This document shows positions 1-13,545 of a stretch of DNA of 64,000 nucleotides, one piece after another. The stretch is taken from positions 1,426,001-1,490,000 of the forward strand of contig LSRY02000017.1 in assembly GCA_001643675.2 (NCBI GenBank), written 5' to 3'. The first letter of the stretch is position 1. Each line of letters begins with the position of its first letter. The position numbers and the translations under genes were made by a program. The notes under the pieces are model-generated. The model had not been told where the DNA came from. It did no database searches and was given only the letters and a program-made list of their open reading frames with translations. Source of the stretch: Monocercomonoides exilis PA203. Taxonomy: Eukaryota > Protista > Preaxostyla.

Positions 1-532
1 GTTTATTTTTAACTATAAGTTCATGAAACATACTCAATGACGTTTTATTATTCCAAATGTTATTTGTTTTTAACTATTTTTTCATAAGTTTTTCGCATTT
101 CATCGTTTTTATCAAAAAATTTGAAAAACTGAAGTTTTCTGAATTTTTGTATGATATAATGATTTAAATTTTTAATAGGTTTGTAAATAAGATAAAAACA
201 TATTGTTGTTTTAATTTATTAGTCATATTTGATTGAATCAAAAATGAAATGAGCAAATATGTTAAAATCAAAAATTGATTGATGCAACTTCAGCAACAAC
301 ATTTCACAAAATTTTAATGTGGTGAATGCTTAACTCAAGTTGTTCAATTTTCATACGCATCACTTTAAATATCAAATAAACATTGTATCTTTATGAATTT
401 TCAGTTTTTCAAATTTTTTGATAAAAACGATGAAATGCGAAAAACTTATGAAAAAATAGTTAAAAACAAATAACATTTGGAATAATAAAACGTCATTGAG
501 TATGTTTCATGAACTTATAGTTAAAAATAAAC
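1..532. repeat. Long perfect inverted repeat (arms 1-133 and 400-532), probably the interior of a foldback/MITE element running off the window start
   Basis: The reverse complement of 1-133 equals 400-532 base for base, around a 266-bp spacer. A tandem AAAAAAATGTCCGGAT pair lies at about 719-760, and a possible terminus ...AAAAAAATCACCC|TA at about 755-768. Confidence 0.85.
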
Positions 533-1050
533 AAAAAAAGAAAGATAGTCCATAATGGACAAAACAAATGATCAAAAATAAATTAAAAATTCCTAAGATC
601 TTCATCAAAAACAAAAATTGACATAAAAATTTTTTTGTGTGAACATTAAATACGTATTCAAACCTTATGCAATATGCCTTTTCTATTTTTTGTTTTTATT
701 TAGTGAGAAACGCCAATAAAAAAAAATGTCCGGATTAAAAAAAATGTCCGGATAAAAAAATCACCCTAAATTTCATTTAACTTTATGAAAAACTCTAAAT
801 ATTTCTTTGCAAATAACCTAAAACCATTTTCATCTTTGAAAATCTTAATTAACAATTCTTTCATCTTAAATTGTGAGCATCATATTCTCTTACATCACAC
901 ATTCCGAAGCAGTCAAGAAGTTAACGGTTTATTCTTTTAACAAATAGAAGATAAAGTGTAAAACCTCTTAAAATGCAAATAGATAAAATTAAAAAGCTTT
1001 CATATACATTTTCAAAAATCTAAAATAAGTTAATGTACGATATTTACTAA

Positions 1051-2211
1051 TTAATCTACCCATTTCTCTCTGTCAATGGTACTTGACGAATATGAACATC
1101 TGTGCATGTGATCTTCATCATAAAATCCTCTGAAAATTAAATGTCATCATATATATATGCATTTTCAAAAAAATCATTAAAACATATTATTATATAAACT
1201 TCAAAATAAAAATAGAAATAGCTATCAATCTTATAATTCTTTATATACATCTTCTCATTCAATAATTTAAATTCTTCAATTTCACAACTCAACCTCGATC
1301 GCAAAAAGAAATAAATGAAAATATTCATTTTACAAACTTGCAGCAATACATCTTTGACACTTTGTCATAATGCAAATGACCCCCAAAGCATACAGGACAT
1401 CTTGCCGGAGGTCCGTTGACCATTGCATCAGCAACCCTACATCAAGAAATACAAATGATATTGAATAATTCAACGTTCAACAGATTAATAAAAATTTTTT
1501 AAAAATTTCGAAGTATTTTTGATTATAAGGAAACATATTTAACACAATTTGTAAACCTTTCAATGATATCTTGCTTTGTTCCAGTCCGAGTAAGATCGTT
1601 TTTCCTTAAAAAAAGATTTATTGAAAAAGTTTCTACATTTTTAAAAATTTATTTTCACACTTGCACATTTCTTTAAGTTCATCAAGTGATTTTGATGCGA
1701 GCTCTTTCATTTTTTTTGTGATTTCTGCTTGATGTCGATTATCTGCAGATTTGGTTTTCTTTGTTGTTGCAGCTGAGGGTGTTTTGGCTTTTTTGGCTTT
1801 TGGTGCTTTTTTGACAACAACTTTCTTTTCTTTCTTTTCAACCTTCTTTTTGGGCTTGTCCTTTTTTGTTGTCTTGACTGTCACCTTTTTTGTTGTAACC
1901 TTCTTTGTAATTTTCGTTTTTTTCTCTATGCACAAAAATTTCAGAAATAATAAGAAAAATATTTTAAAAAAAATTTATTTTCTAACCTTTAACTTTCTTT
2001 TCTTCTTTTGTCTTTTTGCTCTTCTTTGGCTTTATTTCAGTAGCAGTGTAACGCTCTACTTGTTTTCTTTTCCTTTCAGGAAGTTCTCGACGAGGAACAG
2101 CGATTGCAGTTCTCTTTTTTGGCTGAATGCAAACAAACAAAAATGTGCATGCAAAATAAAAAATTCGCGAAAACTTTAAAATACGAAAGAATGTTAATAA
2201 AACAATACCAT
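1051..2211 (-). CDS. Lys-rich (histone H1-like) protein with C-terminal PADR1 (PARP Zn3-type) zinc domain, about 209 aa, 6 exons
   Basis: Spliced exons 2211-2209, 2122-1987, 1925-1661, 1604-1557, 1436-1338 and 1129-1051 are all GT-AG and in frame. C-terminus reads LDELKEMCKKNDLTRTGTKQDIIERVADAMVNGPPARCPVCFGGHLHYDKVSKMYCCKGFYDEDHMHRCSY. Confidence 0.8.
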
Positions 2212-2405
2212 TAATCAACGTAAGTGAAAATGTTCACTTTGGAGGATCAAAATATTCGAATTATCCGCCCATAATAATATTATGTGATTTGAAAACCTCT
2301 TCACTTCTATTTACTTGATAATTTATTGTTATTTATTGATATTATCTCCAAAATTCAAAATATAAGATTGGGGGACAGATCGTTTAATCGGTTTGAAAAA
2401 GGCAA

Positions 2406-5400
2406 ATGGCATTGTTGGGGCGAGAGATGATTAAATGGATCCAATCATTGGATATTTCTGTTATAATAAAAAATCCAAAAAGGTTTTTTAAAATAGTTTT
2501 TATGAATTTTTATGCATATCCTCAAAAAATTTGAATTTGTTATTTCCATCTTCTCTTATTTTATTTGTGAAGAGATTTCGCAAATGGATATGTTGTTGGC
2601 GAAATATTTAGTTGTTATTTCCCAAATGAAGTAACAAAACATTCATTTGATCCCGGAAGTTCTTCATCTGCAAGGACACAAAATTGGGATTTTCTAAATA
2701 CATTTTTCAGAAAATTTAATGTCCCAATCACACCAAAAATGATTGACGACACTATGAATTACCGTACCGAAGGAACTCAACAGCTTATTGATACAATGTA
2801 TACTTTTCTGACAAGAAGAAGGTTGAATAATAATTATTTGCGTTTTTAACTTACAAAGGTTTTCTTAAATTTTAGTGTACCTCCTCGACCAGTCATATCT
2901 CCTCTTTCTCAGGTTCCTGGCTATGCACAACCAACTACTTCATTGCTTGTAAAAGAGCACGAACAGACAATGAAAAAGCAGGATACTGTTGTTTTAACAA
3001 GAGAAGCAGAAGATATTTTATCACAACACCACGAAATGCGCATTCAAGAAAAAGAGAAAAATCCTAGTTTGTAATTATAAATTTAAAAATTTCAATACAA
3101 CAAATTTTATTTCAAAGAACGTTTTGAAATTACACATAAAAAGGAAAAAGGAGCCCCACGGCAAATGAAGCCAAAGACTGATACAACAAATATTGGATTC
3201 AAAGGAGTGGAAATTAGGCCCCTTGGGAAAAAGCTTCCTCCACCGGATTATCCAACGTCTTCATCAAATCCATCCGGAGGAAATGGAACAAGTGGAAGAG
3301 GCTACACCCCAGGTGAAGCAGAGCGAGAGCCAGCAGATGACGGAGAGAAAAAAAGAGCCATTGATCAAGAAGAACGAAGGGACTCTTATCGACAACAACA
3401 GGATATCCAACCGAAAGAGGTTTTATATGATTGATAAATATTATTGACTAATTTTGGAAAATAAATGATTTGCTTATTTTTAACTATTTCTTGTCTTTTA
3501 GACTGTCGAATCTATTTTAAGCGCATGCATTAACGCAACGGTTTCTTCACTTCCGACTGGATCTGCAACGCCATCGTCTGGAGGTGCAGATAATAACCCT
3601 TTGACAAATTTGTTGGATCAAGTCAACGAAATTGATGATGAAGAGTTTAATTCTCTTATCAATTCAATCAGAACAAGGGTGCGCAAGCGATGTTTTAACT
3701 ATTACTGATTTCTACCTATTTTTTATGATTGATATATTTATGTTCTGTTACTTGATATGTAATGAATTGTGCTGTGTGTGTTTGACAAATTGCAACAGAT
3801 GAACGAGATATGCGAAGTTATATCAAGCAATTGCCACCAATTTTTCCCTCTTGGCTCATTTATTATTTCTTTGCTGAATGACACTCTCACATCTAACAAA
3901 TTCTATGGTCTGATCAATTTTTTTTCCTTTTTGCTTTCAATCAGTTATTTTGTGCTTTTTGAATTCTTTTTCATAATTGTATTTTTGCTTATTGATTTCT
4001 CTCTCTCTTTTGTTTTCTTCTCAAACTTGTTTTATATTTGAATTTAGGTGCATGCACAATGTTTGAAGAATGCGGAATTTGCTTGTCTGCTATTGATGCT
4101 TTGTCGGCTCAGTCACACATCATCGGCCTGCTGAACAGGCTCAGCCACTTCTTCATTGATTGTGTGCTAACTTTGTTGATAGGCAAATCTGAATTACGTT
4201 CTTCATTCAATTTCTCACTTTTTCTTTTATTTTCTCTCATTTTTTGAACAATTCTTTCTGTTAACGTTCTTTTGAAATCTCGACTGTGATATTCAATCTG
4301 AATGTTATTTTGTACAGCACCCTTCCAACGAATGTTTTATGTTGTCAAAGGAATTCGATCGTTCTGCTCTTCACCCGAAAGCCACGCAAATATTCTGACT
4401 TCTATTAAAGTTTGCCATTTTTATCTGATTTTTATATTCAATGTTTTATTTAAACAATACTTGTTTAAATTTCTGTTGATATTCTTCAATCGAATCATTT
4501 TTCTTTGCTGTGTTTCTTTTTTGACTGATAATTTAGTCAATTGTTTCGCGGGAGACTTTCATTCGTGTGCTGTTCTGCTATTTCACTTCACCAAACGGCA
4601 CATTTTCTGTTGCTGATCCACGAATCTCTCAAATAGGCATGCCATTCTTCTAAATATCTGAATATCATTATGAATACTAAATAAATACATCTTCATCTTC
4701 CTTATTTTTTCATTTCATTTTGTTTATTCAAATATTTCTTCTTTGTGTATTCTTCATTTTATTCCTCATTCACTCATATCCAATCAGTTATACCTGAGCT
4801 GACCATCTGCCTGTCGATGTCTGCGCCTTCAGTGCGGAGCTGTGCTTTGGAACTTCTGGGGCTGATCATCAGCCAGGCAACAGAGACAGTAGCTGCAATG
4901 CTCCCACGCATTCTGATTCTGGCGAGTGACTCGTGGTGGCAGGTCAGATCGCTTGCTTGTGCCAACGCTGCTTTCTTGCTGCCATACTTTTTATCAAGAG
5001 CACTGAAATACAATGGTTTGATAGATGAATGAGGATAACTTCTGATTGCTTTTTTTTCATGAATGCGAAATTTTAACTTGTAATTGTTGAAGTGATTATT
5101 CGATTCTTTTTCCAGAAAATATTTACAAATAAGTTGTGTCTTATTAATTTTCTTTCTGATTTTATTCTCAACATCACTTGAACAGGAAGTAATCCTCCAA
5201 TTTCTCGCGAAGAGGAAGAAGAGTTGAATTCGATGAGCGATGCAGACAAAGAGGCGCAGATTGCTGATTGCGAGGTGAAGATCACGCAGTGTCTGGATGC
5301 GATTGTGAAAGGGCTGCGAGACCCGCTGGCAGAATGCAGCGGAGTGGTGCTGAACATGCTGATGCAGACACTGGGCGATGTGATTGATCTGTATCCTTTC

Positions 5401-6507
5401 TTCCTCCCCACTTCATCCCTCAGCCAGGACGTCTTCTCCTCCACTTCTGTCGCCTCCACCCTCTCAGAAGCACCCACTGCAGGCTTTCTCGCACTCCGCG
5501 AGGCGATTGTCGAGTGCTGCATGTCACTCCCGCTGCATCTGCTGAAGATGATCGCTTTTCCTTCGTCCTCTCCGCTGTACATGGGCGACCCGCCGGCAAA
5601 TGTGGGTGGTTGGGTCAGGTGTGAAGGTGCTATTTTGGCTGATTTGTGTCTGTCTGCTGCGCTGGCTGAGCAGCAGGAGGAGCAAGCAGCAGATGCACAG
5701 GTGCTGACTCCGCAGTATGTAGCAGTCATTGCGTCCTGCCTCGCACCTGCGATGGAGTTTGTGAGCAGCGAAAGAGAAAAGAGAAGAGAAGCAGGCGAAA
5801 CTGTGGATGAAGAAAGCGATGCTTTAGAGGTTTGCACATTAATTCTGCATTTCTTCTCAGTTGTCATTTCATTATTCATTTTGCATAACTTTTCATGTGA
5901 TTGATTTTAAAAATAATAATAATAATTATTATTATTTCGTGAATTTAACCAGATTGTCTATTCAAGGATAGCAAATCGTCTGTGTCTGTATGTGCTGAAC
6001 TGTCTCTCTGATCCAGAGACAGTTGAAGAAGGATCAAGAATTGTAGCTGCTGTCTGCCAGTTCTTCCCTCAATGCATTCAAAACGTATGCGTTTTTACTT
6101 TGATTTAGCTTCAATTTATTAAATTTATTTCTTTTTCTAATTCTTTTTTTCTTGAATATTTGTTCAAATGCTTTCAATTATTTATTGAAACATTTCGACC
6201 ATTTTTCTGTTCAACAAATATATTTTTCTTAGTATCTTCAACCTTCCATGGATCGGATTCGCGATGTATTCACTTCTGCTTCATCAACTGACGAGCACAA
6301 ACAAAAGCTTTCTGAACTCTGCCATTCACTCAGAAATGTGTGTTTTTTTGTCTTTTTTCTTTAATAATGAATATTCTTTCTCTCTTTCTTTCTTAATTTC
6401 TTCATTTGTTTGTTTGTTTGTTATTTCAGTCTCCTGCATGTGCAGACGATGCCAACAGATTGTTTTCATCTTTCCCTCCTTTCTTGCAGAAGGCAATAAG
6501 CGGATAA
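2406..6507 (+). CDS. SPATA4/Spef1-like calponin-homology (CH_2) flagellar protein with long helical (ARM/HEAT-like) C-terminal region, multi-exon
   Basis: N-terminus [43 protein letters not shown]...NWDFL matches the SPATA4-type CH pattern. Downstream exons join in frame. The 3' end is tentative. Confidence 0.75.
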
Positions 6508-7134
6508 ACACACTTCCTCCTATTTTTTCTTTTTCTTTTTTTAACTTTATGTTGTAATGCTGCAAAACTCATTTCTAATAATTCAAGTTCTGTTTTTTTA
6601 ATACAAAAGATAAAAAGAAAGAATATTTTCTCAAAAATTCCTATAAAAAAAACGAGAAGTTAGAAGTGGAGAACAAGTTCGTGTTGTACTTCTTTTGAGC
6701 CATTTTCGCACAAAAATCATTGAATCATTTACACACAACTGAGAAGAAAATAAAAAGGAAACGAACAATTTAAATAATAATGCAACTCACAACAAACGAG
6801 AAAGTGCAGTAATAAATCATTTAGACAGTTAACAAAAGATAACCGAACCCCATCTGAATTGGAGCTCAAATGAAAAATAATCAATCGAAAAGATAAAAAG
6901 AAACTAAAAACACAATTAAATAAAAACGAAGGCATAACGAAAGACGAAAAAAATGTTTCAAAATAAAATAAATAAACAAATAAAATGGAAATGATGTTCG
7001 AAATACAAAAAAACTAAATAAAAAGAATGCAATGTATAAACGGCGCTGGTTAAATCATTGGTTAAAAAGCTTGTTAAATTGCTTGCTTAAATATCTGATT
7101 AAATTGGATGTCTATTGTTGGGTCTAATTGCTGG

Positions 7135-9950
7135 TTATATGGCAGGGGGTGCAGGTGGCGTAGGGGGGTCAACAGGAGGAGGCGTGAAAGGGTAGGGAGA
7201 CTGAGAAGCGCTGTTCTCAGGAGGAGGAGTTGGGGTGCCCAGATCAGGCGGAGGAGGAAGATCGATGTCTGGCAGCTCTTCAGGCGAAGGCGAAAGAAGC
7301 GGAGGAGAAGGGAGATCGTCGGCAGGAGGCGGGGAAGGCTCTTGGGGGAGTGTCTGAGGTGGAGGTGGAGGTGGAGATGAAGATGATTGGGGTGTTGAGG
7401 ATGAAGATGATGATGTTGGTGAAGCTACAAGAGCAGGAGACACAGGCTCAGGGCGTTTGGCCGTTGGAGAAGATAAAGTTGTGACTTGCGAGGAATCAGC
7501 AGCGGCTGCTGCGAAGGAAGAGTTTGAAGAAGTCGGCGGAGGCGGCGGAGGAGGAGAACCCTCTCTCTCTGCACTCTTTCTCTTCTCTCCTCTTTCTCCT
7601 CCTTCTCCTTCTCCTTCGTCTGAGTCAGACTCTTCGCTGTCGCTTGGCGGCGGTGGTGTGTCGCTCGGAGGAGGCGGTGTGTCCATCCTGCGGGGCGGTG
7701 GAGGTGCAACTGGAGATGTCTTCGGAGAAACAGGGAAGGAGGAAGAGGCAGAAGCAGAGGAAGAGGAGGTTGTTGTGGAGGACGCATGCGCAAAGGCAAA
7801 AGGATTGAAGACGGAATCGCTCCGTTGCTTCTCCTTCGGCTTTTGCGTGTCTTTCTCATCTGTGTCGTCTTCCTCTTCCTCTTCCTCCTCTTCTTCTGAG
7901 TCGGTTGGTAGATCCTCTTCGTCATCTTCCTCGTTCCCTATGATTCCTTCCCTCTTCCGCCTTCTTCGCTCTTCTCTCTTCTGCTTCCACTCCAGCTCCT
8001 TCTGCATCTCCCGCTCGGCCCTTCGCCTCTCCCACTCCTCCACCTCCTTCGGCACACGCGTCATTTCTGTCTCTTCGAAGAACAGCGCCAGTGTGAATCC
8101 CTTTGGAATGTGCTTGTTCTTCTTGTCGCTGATCGCTTTGTCCAACTCCTTTTGGGTCAGAACAAGAGGGTTGGTGGTGACAAATCGAGTGTTGATCCAG
8201 AACTGGCAGATGGTCTGAGGAAGAAGAAGAAGAAGAAGAGAGAAAGAGAAAGAGAGAAAGAGAGATTGTGGAAAAGGAATTGAAAATGACGAAGATCAGA
8301 TATTGAAAAATTAAGAGTTAATAAATTAAAGAATCAAATGAAAGCACAAATGAAAAATAATAAAATAAAGAAAAAGAAATATTTTTTTTTGATAAGCCAC
8401 AAAAATCTAAAAATAAATTCATTCAAAAAGGCATACAATCTCCTTGTGAGTGAAGCGAAAGCGGACATCTCCATCGAAGCAGCAGTTGAATCCTTCCATC
8501 TCGACATAAGCGACTGTTTTGGGGTATTTCACGAGTTTTCCTTCGATCTGTTTTTCGTAATCCAACAGAACACGCCCGTTTTGCTCAATGACATATGTTG
8601 GCTCTGAAATAAGTAATCAGCATGATCATTCACATTCATGTGTTTAAAAGAACAAAAACAAAACGATTAGAAATCAATGAAATTGAATTATAAAAAGAAA
8701 GTTAAAAAAGAAAAAGAAAAGAAATAGAAAGTGCATTATAATAATAACAACTATTCAACAATATTTCGATGAATTCATACTGCATCTGTCCTTCTTGTAC
8801 ACTGGTGGAGGTGTCATTCGAATTCGAACAAGTGTCAATGGCTGCAAAATCGGAACTGAATGAGGATTCCATAAATGCCTTATATTTTTTGAAAAAAAGA
8901 CAAGTTTTGTTGATGGTTATCGCAAGTATATCATAAAAACAAAAGTCATTATCATTTCAGCGAAACATGAAGAGATTTCAAATATTGCAAACCTTTCGAA
9001 GTAGTGAATGTATCGCCGTTGAGACGGAATAGTTACTCCCTTCCTGTTTTTGGTTCTTGCAATTCCATAAAATTCCATTGCCTCCTCGGCGTTTTCCCAC
9101 TCCTTCATATATAGAAGAAGGCAGCAAATCATCAATCCAGTTCTTCCCTAAAGAAAACATTGCAAAACATTATAAATTCAACATTCAAAAGCCAAACATA
9201 TAGTTAATCTTTTGCCTTATAATATAACAAAAATGTTGACAAACCTTTCCTGCTTTACAATGAATCACGCACACATTTTTGGGGTCTTGCTTCATATATT
9301 GATCCTTAAAGAAGATAATATAAATATGTAATAAAATATTGTCAACAACATACACAATCCAAGCAGAACTCCTCAATCATCTCAAATGGGGGACAATTAT
9401 GATCAGCAAACGGATAGCATCCAACTCGTCCTTCAAAATGTGAATGATCGTACTGTCTATCTGGTTCACAACATCTGATTTAGATAAAGAATATTTATCA
9501 AAAATAATAAAGCAATGAAAAGAATTTGTTTTTTAAATCAAAATGCAGTGTAAGCAAACAAATTGTACACTCGATAATGATCTTTGTGACGGAAATTGAG
9601 AAACTTTTTGACATCAGTCATTGGGTTTCTATACATTGCCTCAAAACTTTCCGATGGATATCCCATCGCAATAATCCTTTAACAATTGTTATTTGAGAAC
9701 AATTTCAGAAAAAGAGAGAAGAAACGAAAATATGATCAAAAGTTGTAAGGAAAAAATAAAAATTTGTGTAGTACCGTGGCGTTACATCTTTGAATACAAA
9801 TTGTTTTTTTAGAATTTGTTTTTGATCGTTCAAACATCAATAACAATAAACTTATTAATGAAACAAACATGCCAGATCAAGATCAACATCAAGCTCTTTA
9901 TCGACATATCTACGCTTTTCCAAAGAAACTAGCTTTCGAATAAATGTCAT
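7135..9950 (-). CDS. PTEN: PTEN-family phosphoinositide phosphatase (phosphatase + C2) with acidic and polyproline tail
   Basis: Motifs [36 protein letters not shown], intact HCKAGKGRTG (split by an intron), [10 protein letters not shown], and C2 motifs GDVRF and FWINT. Confidence 0.93.
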
Positions 9951-10189
9951 ATATCAAAGTACTTCAATGAATTATGGCGGAGATTGTCAAAAAAAGAGAA
10001 AGAGATCAAGACAACCACTTTTTAAACGATTAATAAAAAACTTTATCAAAACTAAAAATTTATAAGTTTCAAGAAAAAGAATGAATTGTTTGTGAAGGTT
10101 TGAACATAAGAGAAGAATAGCTTTTGTTTGTTGAAACAGGCTAAAAATATATGCAAAAAATAACATATTGTTTCAGAATCAATAATAAT

Positions 10190-12644
10190 TCAAACCCTTT
10201 GAAGAGATTTAACTTCAACTTTTCTTGAAAAATTAAACTCTTTAGGTTGTGTTGGAGGGCGAGGAAATACACTATTTTCTCCTGGAACTGGTTTTTCTTC
10301 CTTCATTTTTCTCGCCTTTAATCAACGTTAAAAGCAAATTTTCACACTTACTACTAAAAAAATAATAAAAGACAAACCAATTCACATCGTGAAAGAAACT
10401 TCGATACTCCAGTTGTTGTTTGAACAAACTCCTCAAATGTTTGTGATGGATGATCAATTTTCTGAACAGAAATGCGAATTAATAAAAGTAATGCGATAAA
10501 AATATAGAGCAATACGTCTTTGATTGATGGCTTTAGCTGTATGGTGCTTCTTTCTTCCTCCAAAAGCTTCTGCCGAAGCTCATCCTCTTTTTTCTGTTTT
10601 TGCTCGAGCCACAACTCCGCACGAGACATCTGAGTAGAAGAAGGAGGTATTAATCTTCAAGAAAGTTTATATGTTCCAGGAAATCGGGAAAACGTGTTTA
10701 GATATGTTTTGTGTGAAGAATGCATTCGAAGAGCAATGAGCGAAAAATCGAAAACATAAAAAAAAAGTGAATAAATAGCTCAAACTCGTTTGTGACTGAG
10801 GAAGCAAGAAGTGTTGGCGGCTGCATCACTGAATCTTCCATTGCTCTTATTTCAGCTTCTTTCTTCTTTTTCAATTGCTCTTGCGTCCACCTCTTCATTA
10901 TTGAAAGGAAAAGACAAAGTTGAAGCATCAAAAATTGGCAGGAAGTGGTAAAAATATTTATGTATATGAGAAGGAAAAAATAAAATGTTATTTATAAACA
11001 ATGGAATAGAAACAGGAATGAAACAAAAATTGAGGATGTGAAAGTGCAAACATATTCATAAAGCCTCAGCCAACGGGGAACTTTATTTTCTTCTTCAATT
11101 TGCAAAGATGGCAAAGAATTTCAACAAAGAGCAATCAAGCCGGAATAAAATAAACAAATCCCAGGAAATAAGCAATGGGTAATGGAAAGAAAGAAAAAAA
11201 ATTCAAATTTATTTTTAATGGAAAATAATTAAACAGTTTTCAGTGAATGATTAAAAAAACAATGAGGAATATTCAAACGTTCATGAATGTGTCGATTGAC
11301 AGAAGGAGGAGTATCAGTAGGAAAAGCAGTTGAATTTGAAGATTCCATCAGAGGATCGATTGTTTCTTCGTCCTGATATTGAGACGGGTGATATGTTATT
11401 GTTGGCTTAAATGCATAAGCAATCTCTTCCTGTGGCTTAGGCTCTGAAAAAGGTATATTTCAAATTCCAAAAATTCGATTGATAATTTTCGTAATTAAAG
11501 TTTCATTCAAAAGAAATGAAGCATAAATGTTAGAAAACAAAAAGGAAAAGGTTATGCAAGATGTGTCATTTATTTCTCTCGTATACATTTTCTTAGAAAA
11601 ATGTAAATCTTCAATCATTTCAAACCTTGTTTTCTTGCAATACATTCTCCATCTTTAAATGCTTTAAGTGTAGATGTCCTTATTCCTCCGTTTCTTGCAT
11701 AAAATTCAGATATTGGATCAATTGTAGGATGATGTAATTTATTTTCTGATTCAATAACTTCCATGCAGTGCTGATCTTTTGAACGACGAAGCAATTCAGC
11801 TAAAAATTGTGGAAAATAAAAAATAACATAACATTAAAATAAACATTTTCAAGCATATAATGAAATTATACAAATATAAAACACCATCTCTATATAATTT
11901 ATCAAAAATTTCTGTATTTTCATAATGATGAGCATTTGGAGATTCTTGATGAGGAATTATCTGCTTTTCTTGAGCAGGCTGATTTTGTTGAAAATTTTCT
12001 TTCATTGCTCTTCGAATCATTTCTTCTTCATGTAAAGAATAAAGCCTTTCAAAAACCGTCTTTTTTTGATTTGTCTTTGATTTCATTGTAGCTTCCATAT
12101 TTTCAACAAGCGTTGAAGTCACTATAAACACATTTTTAAATCTGAAGAAGTAAATTAAAATGTAAAAACCTTCTTTTTCTGGTTGCTCAGCTTCAAGGAG
12201 TGGAGTAGTTTGATACACTTTAGTTTGAGGTGCCTTTATAGGTGAAGACATTGGAGGGGGTGGTATTTCTTTTGTTTGAGAAGCTTTTTTCTAAACCAAA
12301 GTTGTATTGAATAATAAAATAAAAATCACGTACTATAATTATAGCAGATGAACTTTGCTTGATTCCCATCTTTCCAATTTGGATGGAAATGCGTTTTTCC
12401 AATTGTCTGTTATTTGTTTCAGAATTCTGTAAAATTCATGAAGAAAATGAAATATAAATTTTCATTCGTATAAAAATTGCATCATTCAATCAAACTATTT
12501 TATAGTCTTTTGTGTAATGCACATATTCCACACGCGAAGCAAAAAAAATAAAAAATTTGGAAATAATTGTAATAATGCATTAAAAATATTAGCAAGCAGC
12601 AATATATCTACACTTTCTCTTTCTTCAACAGTATCCAACTGCAT
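10190..12644 (-). CDS. Hypothetical multi-exon protein with VFERLY / FKP-type motifs (possibly microtubule-associated)
   Basis: Exons separated by AT-rich GT-AG introns carry KTVFERLYS, IFDKLYRDG, AYAFKPTI and PPTTPKEFNFS. Boundaries are approximate. Confidence 0.5.
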
Positions 12645-13545
12645 AAATTTATTTTGTTTTTCTTATGTCAATATTTTTTAAAAAAATAAATTAAAATTCT
12701 AAAATACATATAAATTATTATTTGATCGAAGACAAGCAAATATTTAATTTTTCCATTTTTAAAAGATTGTTCTGTGATTTTATGAAGAAAAATACTATGC
12801 TCAATTAAGAAAGTCAGAAATTTGAACTTCAATTATTTTTTAAAACCATGAAAACAAATTCATTTTCGTTTAAAATTTGTTAGAAAAAAATAAATTATGA
12901 TAAATAATTTTTGAAAGATAAATTTCATTTTGGAATAAATTAACACAAAATCGTTTGTGAATGAAAACGAATAGTTACAAATTGGCTATTGATTCAACTG
13001 TCTTTTATCAAAAACATAGGAAAAAAACAAGTGGAGAAAAAAAACTCAGATTTTTTGAAGAGCCCGTTCTTTTAAGTGCAAATGAAATTCCACACCAAAT
13101 TAGCAAATTAATGTTATAATAATTTCGACACTTGAATGTTGACATATGTCACATCTGTCCATATGAAAATCTTGAATTATTTTGATGCACTTGTGAAGTT
13201 ACACATAACTTTAAGTTTCTTCATTCTTTTTTTTTTCATATTTAATTCTGAGTAATGTTTTTTGAAAAGAAATATATTTTTTTCTTTTCAACAGTGCATT
13301 AAGAACAGCCTGGTTTTTTCCCCCCAATTACAATGAGAGGGTTCACAAAAAAGGATTTTCTCCACTTTAATTCACCTAAAATAATTCAAAATTCTTTTTC
13401 CGTTTATTACGTGAAAAATCGCTAAAAATACTGATTTTTTGAAATGTAAAAATTTTTGAGCTGAAAAATTGGTTTTTAAAGTAGGTTATACGTGAAAATA
13501 TCTAACAAAAATGAAGAAAATGGTAATTTTCGCTTGTACATTTCT

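Noticed and set aside
13290-13480. Possible snRNA (Sm-site-like AATTTTTGA)
   Set aside because: No U1/U2/U4/U5/U6 signature seen, and the motif is common in AT-rich DNA.
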